Source: Candidatus Daviesbacteria bacterium | GTDB taxonomy: Bacteria; Patescibacteriota; Microgenomatia; Daviesbacterales; UBA10151 | Direction of reading: 5' to 3' | Length of the DNA: 64,000 nt | NCBI GenBank assembly: GCA_028687915.1 | Contig: JAQTZF010000001.1 | Coordinates: 674,634 to 738,633, forward strand | Shown here: positions 29,313 through 38,942 of the stretch, piece after piece | Numbering within the stretch: position 1 is the first letter of the stretch | Layout of the letters: each line of letters begins with the position of its first letter | Program-made: the position numbers and the translations under genes | Notes under the pieces: model-generated | What the model saw: the letters and a program-made list of their open reading frames with translations, nothing else | Told to the model about the DNA's origin: nothing | Database searches by the model: none

Positions 29313-30677
29313 TTAAGGTATTTTGATACTTTGGTTTCTTTGAGGTCCTGTAGTGATCATACTAATTTTACTGTTCAAATTTTTAGCAATAAAATCCAGG
29401 TATTTTTTAGCTTCTTTTGGTAATTCTTTATAGCTTTTAGCTTTTTGAATTTCTGCCTGATCCCAGGTTTCTAATTCAATAAATTCAGGTTTTACTTTTA
29501 ATAAATATTCCTGAGAAGGTCTGTATTCTACTTCTTTTCCATTTATTTTATATTTTGTGCAGATTTTAATGGGGGTATTGGGATAAACAATATCCATATG
29601 AGTAAGGATATGGGAATTAACATTTCCCACCCTGGTAAAAAATCTTAAAGCTGGTAAATCAATATATGCAATATCACGGGGTCTTTTTGTGGTAGCTCCA
29701 TACTCATGTGCATCTTCACGGATTTTAGCTGCTAACTTTTCACCCATTATTGTGGGTAGAATTCTGCTTCCCACACTACTCATGTATGTAGCTTTTATTA
29801 CAGCAGCCCTTGTTCCTATTTGATCCGGATCTACTATTCCTTCTGTAGAAGAAAAGATCCCATCAAAGGTAGTATCTGAGGCTGTAATATCAGGATATAC
29901 ACCGTATCTGCAATCTAAACCAATAGCCTGTGCCTTTTCAAAAATAAATACTTTTTTTTCGTCACTCCACATTTGACCCAAAGAAGCATTTATATCTTCA
30001 ACCATGCCTTTAATTAATTTACCCTGAGCTTCCAGCTTTTTAACAAATTCCTGCTCAGTTCCCACAGTTTGTAGCTCTGTTTTATTATATGCAGGTACTT
30101 TTGCAGTACTTAACTTAACTCCTAAGCCTTTTAGAAGTGCTTGATACAATCTATAGTGTCTGGAGATCTTATTTTCATTAAAGACTGCAATATCTTTAAT
30201 CTGTAAAGGGTGACGTAATAAAATATCAGCATAAGCAGGGGCAATACCTCTGCCTGTTGCACCGCTACCTCCTTTTTGCCAGTTCTTTAAAGCTGCTTCA
30301 TAGGCTCTGTGGGTATCTAAAGCAAGGTAAGTATTCTCATCAATTATTATCTGTGCACAAATTTTATCTCCATTATGTTCTTTAACTTCATTTATTTCTG
30401 TTAATAAATCTTCGGGGTGAATAACCATGCCTTTTCCTAAAATTACTTTTGCAGACTTACATAAAATTCCGGAGGGTAATAAATGCATGGCTAATCTTCT
30501 GCCATCTGTAAGCTCGATGGTGTGTCCTGCATTTGCACCACCATTATCTCTATAAACTATTACAGGAGAACCTTTTTTTGAGTAAAAATCAACATATTCG
30601 TCAACAATTCTGCCCTTACCTTCATCGCCATATACTCCTCCACAAAAAGCAAATGAATTTTTTCTAATTTTTTTCAT
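29313..30677 (-). CDS. purA: Adenylosuccinate synthetase
   Basis: YGDEGKGRIVD P-loop-like motif and SGATGRGIAPAY motif. Confidence 0.8.
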   Translation of the reverse strand: MKKIRKNSFAFCGGVYGDEGKGRIVDEYVDFYSKKGSPVIVYRDNGGANAGHTIELTDGRRLAMHLLPSGILCKSAKVILGKGMVIHPEDLLTEINEVKEHNGDKICAQIIIDENTYLALDTHRAYEAALKNWQKGGSGATGRGIAPAYADILLRHPLQIKDIAVFNENKISRHYRLYQALLKGLGVKLSTAKVPAYNKTELQTVGTEQEFVKKLEAQGKLIKGMVEDINASLGQMWSDEKKVFIFEKAQAIGLDCRYGVYPDITASDTTFDGIFSSTEGIVDPDQIGTRAAVIKATYMSSVGSRILPTIMGEKLAAKIREDAHEYGATTKRPRDIAYIDLPALRFFTRVGNVNSHILTHMDIVYPNTPIKICTKYKINGKEVEYRPSQEYLLKVKPEFIELETWDQAEIQKAKSYKELPKEAKKYLDFIAKNLNSKISMITTGPQRNQSIKIP

Positions 30678-30743
30678 TAATAAAGTCCAGAAAAACTATA
30701 TTAGTAAAACAAAGCAATGTCAATTACCTATGTTTAATTAGTC

Positions 30744-30779
30744 CTATAGTTTGACTAATAGTTGTAAATTTAGTATAAT
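30744..30779 (+). promoter_or_regulatory. Promoter: CTATAG element, then -35 TTGACT, 17-nt spacer, -10 TATAAT
   Basis: Read directly. ATG of a 38-codon small ORF lies 13 nt downstream (30793). Confidence 0.4.
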
Positions 30780-30932
30780 ATACTTTCATTTTATGTATAA
30801 AGATATTGAATCTCCCGTAAGAGAAAGCATGGTTCTACCAGGACAGACTCTCTTTGAATATGCTGGTTTAAAATTAAACTTCCATCCAAGTAGGGGTTAT
30901 TTACTGTAGATGATCTACAAGTAAGACTACGA

Positions 30933-31667
30933 TTGCCTGAAGAGGTTGTGTTAGAAGAACTTATTATTACTCCTGAACAATTTGTACTTAGAAAGCGTCT
31001 TGTGGAGGCTTTATGTTCTGCTAATCCCAAAGACACTAATCATTCTGAAGAACTAAGAAAATATATAAAGGGCCTTAGAGGGAAAATAGACTTCTTATAT
31101 AATCGCACTGGTCATGATGGTCCCCAAGCATCTATTAAATATACAAAGTCTTTGGGGTATACGTTAACAACAAATGATAAGCCGGTTGAAGTGCCTAAAA
31201 CTGAGGAAAGCAAGCTTTGTTTTGTGGGCCCAAAGTTTTTGAAAAGGCCACAAGTAAAAGGCTACTTAAGTTTATTCCATGATCCAAAAAATAAAAGGGT
31301 GTATAGTTCTCTAAATGAATCTAGATTTGGACGTCTTAGACTAACTCCTGCACAAAATGAGATCCTTGGGAGATTGATGATGACTCCTGAGCAAATAGTT
31401 TCATATGAAGAGCTTTTTGAGTTAGAAATTGGACATAGTGAAGAAGCTTATGAAGGTGATTTTGTTTACGGTTTACTTAAGCGGGATTATCATGATAAAA
31501 GGAAAAGATTAGGTGATAATGTCACTCTTTTGAGAAAAGCTATTATTGAATTATATAGGTTTGTTGAAGCATCACATTATAACCTTGCATTGCCAATATC
31601 GGTCCGAAAAAGCGGTTATTTATTAAGCACAAATCATAGATTTTATAATAGAATTTTTTCTGCTTAG
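30933..31667 (+). CDS. Putative OmpR/PhoB-type winged-helix DNA-binding protein without a receiver domain
   Basis: LTPAQNEILGRLMMTPEQIVSYEELFELEIGH resembles the trans_reg_C consensus. TTG start. A small ORF (30793..30909) lies upstream. Confidence 0.35.
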   Translation: MPEEVVLEELIITPEQFVLRKRLVEALCSANPKDTNHSEELRKYIKGLRGKIDFLYNRTGHDGPQASIKYTKSLGYTLTTNDKPVEVPKTEESKLCFVGPKFLKRPQVKGYLSLFHDPKNKRVYSSLNESRFGRLRLTPAQNEILGRLMMTPEQIVSYEELFELEIGHSEEAYEGDFVYGLLKRDYHDKRKRLGDNVTLLRKAIIELYRFVEASHYNLALPISVRKSGYLLSTNHRFYNRIFSA

Positions 31668-31753
31668 ATTCATCTATTACCCATATTTTAAGAAAAAATC
31701 TGATATAGATAAAATATATTGTGTTATTATGTAGGTAATACTATGATCAATTC

Positions 31754-32053
31754 ATGGATGAGAATAGTTTTAAGAAAATATTAGATGAGGCTTTAACTCC
31801 ACTTCGAGAAGATGTACATGACTTGAAAGAAGATGTACATGATTTGAAAGAAGATGTACATGATTTGAAAGAAGATGTACAAACTTTAAAGGTATCAGTA
31901 CTATCTTTAGAGAAAACTGTAGGTTCTTATGCAGATAGCTACCAAGAAAATCAGCGTAATATTAATAGGTTAGACACAAGACTGAACGTTGTGGAAGAGG
32001 AATTAGCAATTGAACCTCCAGAAGATCTCAAAGTTCCACATTTTACAGCATAA
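31754..32053 (+). CDS. Hypothetical coiled-coil protein with a tandem octapeptide repeat (EDVHDLK-type, about 4 copies)
   Basis: 24-bp DNA repeats gaagatgtacatgayttgaaa at 31807..31890. Confidence 0.35.
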   Translation: MDENSFKKILDEALTPLREDVHDLKEDVHDLKEDVHDLKEDVQTLKVSVLSLEKTVGSYADSYQENQRNINRLDTRLNVVEEELAIEPPEDLKVPHFTA

Positions 32054-32124
32054 TTTATTTTCTTTTAAAATCCCTCAAACCTAAAAGTTTTAGCTATGGG
32101 TATACATAATTACCAGCTATTATT

Positions 32125-32871
32125 CTAAGTAGGATTTTTAGCTGGAAAAAGCTTTTTTATAGAATCATCTGCTGAGTATTGTAAACAAATTAATAATCTA
32201 TATAGCTGTGCTTCAAGTGTCCCAAAATATGTGTGATGTAAATTTTCATCAAATTTTTCTTCTAAAGTATCATATATTTTTTCATAAGGTTCCCAGTTTG
32301 GGGATCGTGCACTGATACCCATTGTTTTAACAGACTCACGACTGTAGTAGTATGCGCCTGTTTCTTGAAGCCATAACGGTAAGGAATCATCCATGTACAA
32401 ATGGGAAATTTCATGTGTTGTGATCATATAGCAAATAGCATCGTTCGAGTATTTTTGGGCGTTCTTAATGCTCTTATGACGATTTACTAGTCGTTCTTGA
32501 TTATCTTCTGATAGTTCAGACCAAATATTCGGCCAGTAAAGAGGGAAGAATCTTTGTCTGCCTATTGGAATCATTTTCGAATAAGCATCTATATTTCCAG
32601 AAGCATCAATACCGCGAACCTCTCGTGTTTCCTGTATGACTGAGTCATAGGATTGCTGGCTAAGTAAAATAAATTTTGAAGCTACTGTACTATCCTTCAG
32701 TGGTCTCTTTATATATTTTCCGTTAAGGCTCAGAATTTGTTGATGGCTTTGTCCAATGATATGGTTCAATCTTGTTCGTTCTTGGTGTGTCATAACTTCC
32801 CTAGAAGTTACTCTTGCCTTCTCAATGATGTTTTTAAGTGCAATTTTTTCTTCTGTACATTGTTCACTCAT
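32125..32871 (-). CDS. Hypothetical protein with an HExxH motif (ITTHEISHLY), possible metallopeptidase
   Basis: Motif only. Confidence 0.25.
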   Translation of the reverse strand: MSEQCTEEKIALKNIIEKARVTSREVMTHQERTRLNHIIGQSHQQILSLNGKYIKRPLKDSTVASKFILLSQQSYDSVIQETREVRGIDASGNIDAYSKMIPIGRQRFFPLYWPNIWSELSEDNQERLVNRHKSIKNAQKYSNDAICYMITTHEISHLYMDDSLPLWLQETGAYYYSRESVKTMGISARSPNWEPYEKIYDTLEEKFDENLHHTYFGTLEAQLYRLLICLQYSADDSIKKLFPAKNPT

Positions 32872-33007
32872 AAGTAGTAATTATACTTTTTCTATTAACA
32901 TTAATCAAACTATGGGTCTTTTTAGAGGGTCAAATATTAAAGTAGAATGATTTAAAAGAGAAGAGCTCCACTAAAATTTGAGTTGACTGCTTAGTAGTTA
33001 TAAAATT

Positions 33008-33631
33008 TTATTGAAAATACAGGCTAAATGAGTTTGAGCCTGAATAGAAGGGGATATTACCAGTCCAGTTTATATCTACTCTTTTTTCATTCAGGTAAAC
33101 TTTACCAGTGTAATTTATTAAGGTGCTTTGTTTCATAAATCCTACACTGCATGTGGCTGGAATTTGTCCGCTAACATTTCCTCCTTCTCCACCGTAATAT
33201 TTACCGTTAACAGATCCCGTACAAATACCAGTAACATATCCTGTAACATCCCCACCGTTTCTGGGAAAAGTAAAAGAATAGGTTAAATTCTGACCAGCAT
33301 AAGAATACCCACCAGAGGCAGTAATTATAGAATTTAATGCAGGAGTAGCTGTAGGTAAAGTAGTTGCAGGGGATTGTGGGGATTTTTCTGTTTGAGATGT
33401 TGTCTGAGCCTGAGGTGTAGGAGTGGGAGTAGGCTTTGTAAAAAAGCTAAAAAACGAATTTTCAAGTCTCGCGGTGGGGGTAGGTGAAGCTGTTGGCTGA
33501 GAAGTTTGGTCTGGATTTATTTTGGTTACAGTTATTGAATGAGTAGCTGTGAAACTGCCAATTGTATAGCCTGCAATGAGCAGCAAACCCGCAAATATTA
33601 AAAATATAGGTGCAAATCCTTTTTCCTGCAT
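33008..33631 (-). CDS. Hypothetical membrane-anchored or secreted protein with a Thr/Pro-rich linker
   Basis: N-terminal TM helix and a PTPTPTP low-complexity linker. Confidence 0.3.
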   Translation of the reverse strand: MQEKGFAPIFLIFAGLLLIAGYTIGSFTATHSITVTKINPDQTSQPTASPTPTARLENSFFSFFTKPTPTPTPQAQTTSQTEKSPQSPATTLPTATPALNSIITASGGYSYAGQNLTYSFTFPRNGGDVTGYVTGICTGSVNGKYYGGEGGNVSGQIPATCSVGFMKQSTLINYTGKVYLNEKRVDINWTGNIPFYSGSNSFSLYFQ

Positions 33632-33722
33632 TGGTAAATAAGGTTATTATTTGTGTAATTAAACTATTTCATATCTAAAAAAGGAAGTCAATTAATGATT
33701 AAGCTGCGCACCCAAATTACTT

Positions 33723-34697
33723 TCAAAAAGGGGTAAGAGGTGTGGGCTCAGATTTTGGGGTGATTCCTGGATTAAAAGAGGTTATTCCACCCAAAGATAC
33801 AGTGATTGTTTGCTTGATTCCATTGGCATATTCTGCATAATAAGTGCCTGGTTTAAGATGAATAACATACTTTCCTGAATCATCTGACTTAGTAGATGCT
33901 GCAATAGCCTTTTTATCAGTTAGATCTGTATAAATAGTTACTGGGAAGTTAGGCATGGGAGTAGTTTTTTCATGGTTGTTTTCAGATGTTACAGAATTAA
34001 CCTGGCCTGATATATCTCCGGTTGAGATGGGGATGCTGGCAAGGTTGGATGCAATTAATTTAAGATTAGCGTCATCTTCTTTGGAGGTAAAATCACCAAA
34101 GTTTGAGCTAATGATTAAGGTTTCTTTTTGTGCACCTTCAACATATAGCACTTGTCTTCTTGTTCCTACCGGGATGTTTTGTGGGTAGCTTGTAGTAATC
34201 TTTTTCAAAACAGTATGTGCATCAATACCTCTAAATTCTACTTTGGGATTACTGATTTTGGATTTAATTACCTGTGGTTGTTGCATATAAGCTGCATCCA
34301 GTCTTATTACATAATCAAAAAATGATTCCTTTGGTTGTCTTTTTAGAGCAGGATTTTCCGGATAAATATTATAGCGGTCTGTTGTAATTGTGTATGCAGA
34401 ACATCGATCAGTAGAAATTGCTTGTGGTTGTAAACCAATTACTCCAGGGTTATAGCCTGGATCACAAACAGTCCAGTTGCCTGGTAATGTTAATTTAAAC
34501 CCAAGAGTGGGGCTGGAATATCCAATGTCTACTGTAGGAAAAGCTAAGAGTTTAGTTGATTCTTTTGGGTTAAAGTAGCCTGTATTAACTAAAAAGTATA
34601 TTCCATAGATTATTCCAAACACCAATATAATCCCAGGAATAATTATTAATGGGGTAAAACCTTTCTTTTTATGTTTGGGAGAACTTTTATGCTTCAT
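33723..34697 (-). CDS. Hypothetical N-terminally anchored surface protein (C-terminal beta-sandwich-like region)
   Basis: N-terminal TM helix. C-terminal SGKYVIHLKPGTYYAEYANG resembles a carboxypeptidase-regulatory-like fold. Confidence 0.3.
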   Translation of the reverse strand: MKHKSSPKHKKKGFTPLIIIPGIILVFGIIYGIYFLVNTGYFNPKESTKLLAFPTVDIGYSSPTLGFKLTLPGNWTVCDPGYNPGVIGLQPQAISTDRCSAYTITTDRYNIYPENPALKRQPKESFFDYVIRLDAAYMQQPQVIKSKISNPKVEFRGIDAHTVLKKITTSYPQNIPVGTRRQVLYVEGAQKETLIISSNFGDFTSKEDDANLKLIASNLASIPISTGDISGQVNSVTSENNHEKTTPMPNFPVTIYTDLTDKKAIAASTKSDDSGKYVIHLKPGTYYAEYANGIKQTITVSLGGITSFNPGITPKSEPTPLTPF

Positions 34698-34798
34698 TTA
34701 AATAATTATTTAATAGATAGGAAATAAAAACAAGGACTTAGATTTATGAGGGTCTTGTTATTTTTGGGATGATAAGGGGGCTGTGTTAAAATATCTTC

Positions 34799-35140
34799 AT
34801 GATAATTACCAAAACTATTCCTTTTACCAAAGAAGAAATTGAACAGCTAAAAGAGGTTTTTGACGTATATATTAAAACTGTAATTGATATTGAGAATAAG
34901 ATTTGCTCTGCTGGTATGGATAGACATTTTGAGGGTGAAGAAATTCTGCTGAAGCAGGGTTCTAAGCAATCTAATATTTGGGGTGGCGGAGTAGATTTAG
35001 AGACTTCGGTAGTGGATTATAACTCTTTTATTAATATAAGGCCCGATGATAATAATACAAGTAATGAAATCCAGGACGCTACAATTAGAGAAAAGTATGA
35101 AGAATTAACTAAATTTTTTTTTAAGGAAATATATGAATAA
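34799..35140 (+). CDS. Hypothetical protein (113 aa)
   Basis: ORF. 8-nt overlap with the next ORF. Confidence 0.3.
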   Translation: MIITKTIPFTKEEIEQLKEVFDVYIKTVIDIENKICSAGMDRHFEGEEILLKQGSKQSNIWGGGVDLETSVVDYNSFINIRPDDNNTSNEIQDATIREKYEELTKFFFKEIYE

Positions 35141-35408
35141 CCAAAAATTAATCGTTGAATCTCTTGCTATGGACCTAAAAAGAGTATCTTTAGGTCTTTA
35201 TAGAGGATCAAATGTTATGGCAGAAAGGTTTAAAGAGGAGTCTTTAAAAAGAAGTAACGAGTTGGAGAGTGAAAATTTAGATAGCTATTTAATGTTTCTT
35301 ATTTTAAAAATGAAAGAAGCTTTAGCTGGTGATAAAGAGTATATAGCTGATGATCTACTAATGTATAGCACTCTTTTTCAAAATTACGCACTAACAAAAA
35401 TGGTATAA
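35133..35408 (+). CDS. Hypothetical protein (91 aa)
   Basis: ORF coupled to the preceding one. Confidence 0.3.
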   Translation: MNNQKLIVESLAMDLKRVSLGLYRGSNVMAERFKEESLKRSNELESENLDSYLMFLILKMKEALAGDKEYIADDLLMYSTLFQNYALTKMV

Positions 35409-35420
35409 CTGTAAGACCAT

Positions 35421-35708
35421 TTATACTTCATTATTAGGAATAATTGATAGTATCTTTCCTTGTATGTTTGTGCACTCAATAGATTCAGAAGGAATTCCGG
35501 TGAGTTGAGAAACCAGTCTGACATGTTTTGAGAAGAATAAGCTATCACGAGTATTTGTTTCCAGTATAGCTAATCTCCTTAATTCTGACTCATCCAGAAG
35601 AAAGCATCTCCAGCCATATAGTCTTGTAGCGCCTTTTTGTACATCATATTGTCCTTGATGTTGTTCTGAATATCGGTCCAAATCCTCCGGAGTCATTTCT
35701 GTTGTCAT
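35421..35708 (-). CDS. Hypothetical protein (95 aa) with a CTATAG-type promoter
   Basis: On the minus strand, promoter TTGAAT-16-TATAAT at 35719..35746 is preceded by CTATAG (35748..35753). ATG at 35708. Confidence 0.35.
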   Translation of the reverse strand: MTTEMTPEDLDRYSEQHQGQYDVQKGATRLYGWRCFLLDESELRRLAILETNTRDSLFFSKHVRLVSQLTGIPSESIECTNIQGKILSIIPNNEV

Positions 35709-35815
35709 AGTGAATACAATTATATCAAAATTAGGGTTTAATTCAACCTATAGTTATTTAGTGACTGGGTAGGCTTAGTTTGTAATCATCTATCTTCATT
35801 TTCAAGCTTTAATTT

Positions 35816-36892
35816 TTAAAACCAAAGAATATCTTCTCTAATAAAATCTGCCAACATTTTAGGGGTTCTTAGGAAATCAGCAGGTGCTGGAGCATGGAGG
35901 ATGGTAGACCATGGAACTAAGCTATTTCCGCTTTTTAATATAACAGTGCTATCTCCTTTTTGACCTCTAATAATTTCATTACCCCACTGTCCTTTCAGAA
36001 ATTTTACATTTTGATAACCTTCTCTATCTAAATCCTCAGGAACTAAAACAAAACCATAATTAATATCTACAGCTCTTGGGCCTCCCATAACAAAAACAAT
36101 TTCTGCTGCTAAATTTATAAATCTATCTTTATATCTCTGAACTGCTTTCACCTCTGTTGTAGGTCCTTCAGAGGCATACTTATTATATGTTTCAAAAGGA
36201 AAGGTGGATACTCCATTTGAACTCTCGTATCCAAAATGAATTTGTCTTATCTGTCCATCTTCAATATACTGGAATTGATGATCATAAGAATCAAAATCAG
36301 AGGAATCAATCCAAACCCTGCCTCCAGTTGGCTCTAAAGGACCATAAAATCTTGACCAAAGTCTAAGTCCAGCATCTTTATAGCCTATAATTTGCCCAGC
36401 AATATTTTGCTCTAGCGGTTTATTAGGGTCAACAAACTTTCTATCTTTGCAATTCCAGTCACTTACTGCAGTCACATTTACTTGTTTTACAGGTTCTGCT
36501 TTTTCCACTTCTAAAACTTTCATGATAAGTTCATCTGTTTCTTTAGCCTCTGGTTTTAAAATAGTTTTTGGATAACCTAAGTAGAATTGATTTCCTAACC
36601 AATGACTCCATAGTCCTAGGATACCTTTAGGAGTTTGTATAGCTAATCGCCAACCTTGTTCTCTATAACTTTTTACTCTTGCTGTTTCACCTTCAGCCTG
36701 AGCCTGTGCTTTTCTTAAAGAATCGTGAGCAAGGTGCATTAAATCACCTCTTAAAGGGTATGTTCCATAAGCTTCTGAAATTTCACTAGGAGAAATTGTA
36801 GGGTACTGATCTTCTTTTCCCTTATCCAGTCCAGACAGGTCAACACCTTCTAATTGTTTCCAAATATCTCCAGATTCTGGTTCAATTGACAT
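35816..36892 (-). CDS. Hypothetical protein (358 aa) with a CTATAG-type promoter
   Basis: On the minus strand, promoter TTGATA-17-TAGAAT at 36899..36927 is preceded by CTATAG (36929..36934). Leader about 6 nt. Confidence 0.4.
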   Translation of the reverse strand: MSIEPESGDIWKQLEGVDLSGLDKGKEDQYPTISPSEISEAYGTYPLRGDLMHLAHDSLRKAQAQAEGETARVKSYREQGWRLAIQTPKGILGLWSHWLGNQFYLGYPKTILKPEAKETDELIMKVLEVEKAEPVKQVNVTAVSDWNCKDRKFVDPNKPLEQNIAGQIIGYKDAGLRLWSRFYGPLEPTGGRVWIDSSDFDSYDHQFQYIEDGQIRQIHFGYESSNGVSTFPFETYNKYASEGPTTEVKAVQRYKDRFINLAAEIVFVMGGPRAVDINYGFVLVPEDLDREGYQNVKFLKGQWGNEIIRGQKGDSTVILKSGNSLVPWSTILHAPAPADFLRTPKMLADFIREDILWF

Positions 36893-36939
36893 GAGAAAAT
36901 TCTAGCACAAATGTGGATAAATATCAACCTATAGTTATT

Positions 36940-37015
36940 TGGGGTGATCGAGGGGATTCGAACCCCCAACAACTGCCTCCACAGGGCAGCGCTCTACCAT
37001 TGAGCTACGACCACC
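36940..37015 (-). tRNA. tRNA-His (anticodon GUG) with G-1 and encoded CCA
   Basis: GGTGGTCG...CGATCACCCCA. Anticodon loop CTGTGGA. T arm TGGGG-GTTCGAATC-CCCTC. Confidence 0.85.
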
Positions 37016-37172
37016 ATATTCTGTATTTTACCAGATTCACAAGAAAAAGGCTCCTTTCGAAGCCTTTTTCAAAACACATACTTAAAAACCCGTAAGGTTA
37101 ATAAGTACTTTATTTATAAACTTTCACTGAAAAAAAGTCAACTACACTCGGTTTACACGATTGTAGTCAACA

Positions 37173-38936
37173 TTAATTGAAAAAGGGGAGTAATTCCCAT
37201 AAATTTATAGGTGTTAATAAAGCTGAAAAGAAGTCTGGTTCCAAAGTTCCAAAATTTAAAACATTATCACCAGGAACAACTTTTGTGGTAACTGTTTTTG
37301 GCTTATAGAATGGTTTATTTAACGTAAATTGAAAAGTGTAATCAGGTAATAAATACCTGGCTGGGATTTTACTTGATGTTCCATTGCTATTAATTTTAAC
37401 TCCACTGGAATTTTCCACAGAATCAGAGGAAATAGTTAATATGTAATCACCTGTAGGATCATTTTTCCATTGCAATGCAGTTTGTAAGATTAATTGGACC
37501 GGAGATTTAATTGTTGTGCTAAAAATAAAAGGTGCCTGATCAAATTCCTTGCCATTGTTAAATAGTTGTAAAGCAATAAGATAAGTTCCGCTTATTGGTG
37601 TTTTTAGCTTCACACTAAAGGTTCCTGTTTGCCCTGGTTCTACCTTTTGGTCTGATTTTAATTTTATAGACTCGATTTGTAACTCATTTCCACCTTTGGT
37701 TGCTTTTAATTCAACCTCATTTCCATCATTCCAGATTGACTGCCCGGTATTTTTAAAAGTAAGGGAAATATTATATGTTTCTCCGGAAATTAATGATGTA
37801 TAAATTTCTCCTTTAACTAGCTCAGCTCTATTATCCTGCACAGGTTTACCACTTGTCTTAGGCATCTCTTTTAGTTGTGTATAAGGTGAATAATAAGATA
37901 AATCAGTTTTATTAGCGGTGTCTGTGGTTGCTCCTAAAACATTAAGATTTTTTGTGTCTCCCGAAATCCTTTTAAAGGAAAAATGGTCAAAAGGGGTGCC
38001 TTGATAATCTAATAGGAAGGGGCTAACAGCAACAATCCTATTACTGTTCCAGGCATTTTCAAAAGCAGTTTTATAGTAATTTCCCACTTTATCAGCTGAA
38101 GGTAAGGATTTATCATAATCCACCCCCTCAGCATGCTTCCAGCCTGTTTCTGTTATAAATACAGGTATATTTTTAGTAACACCAAATCTTTGTAACAATA
38201 ATGTTTCCCAAATCCAGGTTCGAACAGAAATCCTACCAGCACTATCTGGTGAAGCAGTAAATCCAGGGTTTGGGTAAGAGTGAGTTGACCAGCCATCTAA
38301 TCTATTTAATATTCCAGGAACTTCTTCTTCCATTTGGGTTAAAAAAACCTCTTCATCCATATATTTTGGTGTTTGCTGTGGAGCAGAAGCATCAAAACCT
38401 GCATTTATCACAAAGAAATCAGGATTTTTATTTTTTAAGGCTGTAATTGTTTTATCCAAAATTCTGGCATAAGATTTTGGGTCAACATTTCCACCCCATT
38501 CCTGACCTTGGTTTGGTTCGTTATAAACTACAATATACCGGTTTTTGGTAGGCCAATTCAGGGTATCCAGAAAGTCTGCCCAGGCTGTTTCTTCACCATC
38601 ATAAGGCCTTAACCAGTAATCCTTTTCAGGGCAAGTTGCAAGCCTAATAATAGGAATTAAATGTTTTCTTCTTAAATCATCAAAAAATGACTGCCATTTA
38701 TTTGTATCTCTGTCTTTGCTTTCAATTAAAATAGTTACATAACCCCAGTCACCACCACTGGAATTTACCAAAGTGGCTGCAGGCGAAGACTCATCTGCTA
38801 TAGGTGAGATCATATGAATACCAAATTTATTATTCTGTGCCAGCAATGGATCCACAATTGCTTTAGCGGGTTTTAGTGATACAGAGTTTATAAAAATCAA
38901 CAAAAAAAATACGAGTAAATACTTTATGAATTTCAT
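37173..38936 (-). CDS. Secreted glycoside hydrolase, GH5-like (clan GH-A), with C-terminal beta-sandwich domains
   Basis: Signal peptide. NEP (acid/base) in IVVYNEPNQG and nucleophile ITETGW motif. Confidence 0.5.
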   Translation of the reverse strand: MKFIKYLLVFFLLIFINSVSLKPAKAIVDPLLAQNNKFGIHMISPIADESSPAATLVNSSGGDWGYVTILIESKDRDTNKWQSFFDDLRRKHLIPIIRLATCPEKDYWLRPYDGEETAWADFLDTLNWPTKNRYIVVYNEPNQGQEWGGNVDPKSYARILDKTITALKNKNPDFFVINAGFDASAPQQTPKYMDEEVFLTQMEEEVPGILNRLDGWSTHSYPNPGFTASPDSAGRISVRTWIWETLLLQRFGVTKNIPVFITETGWKHAEGVDYDKSLPSADKVGNYYKTAFENAWNSNRIVAVSPFLLDYQGTPFDHFSFKRISGDTKNLNVLGATTDTANKTDLSYYSPYTQLKEMPKTSGKPVQDNRAELVKGEIYTSLISGETYNISLTFKNTGQSIWNDGNEVELKATKGGNELQIESIKLKSDQKVEPGQTGTFSVKLKTPISGTYLIALQLFNNGKEFDQAPFIFSTTIKSPVQLILQTALQWKNDPTGDYILTISSDSVENSSGVKINSNGTSSKIPARYLLPDYTFQFTLNKPFYKPKTVTTKVVPGDNVLNFGTLEPDFFSALLTPINLWELLPFFN

Positions 38937-38942
38937 GCATGC

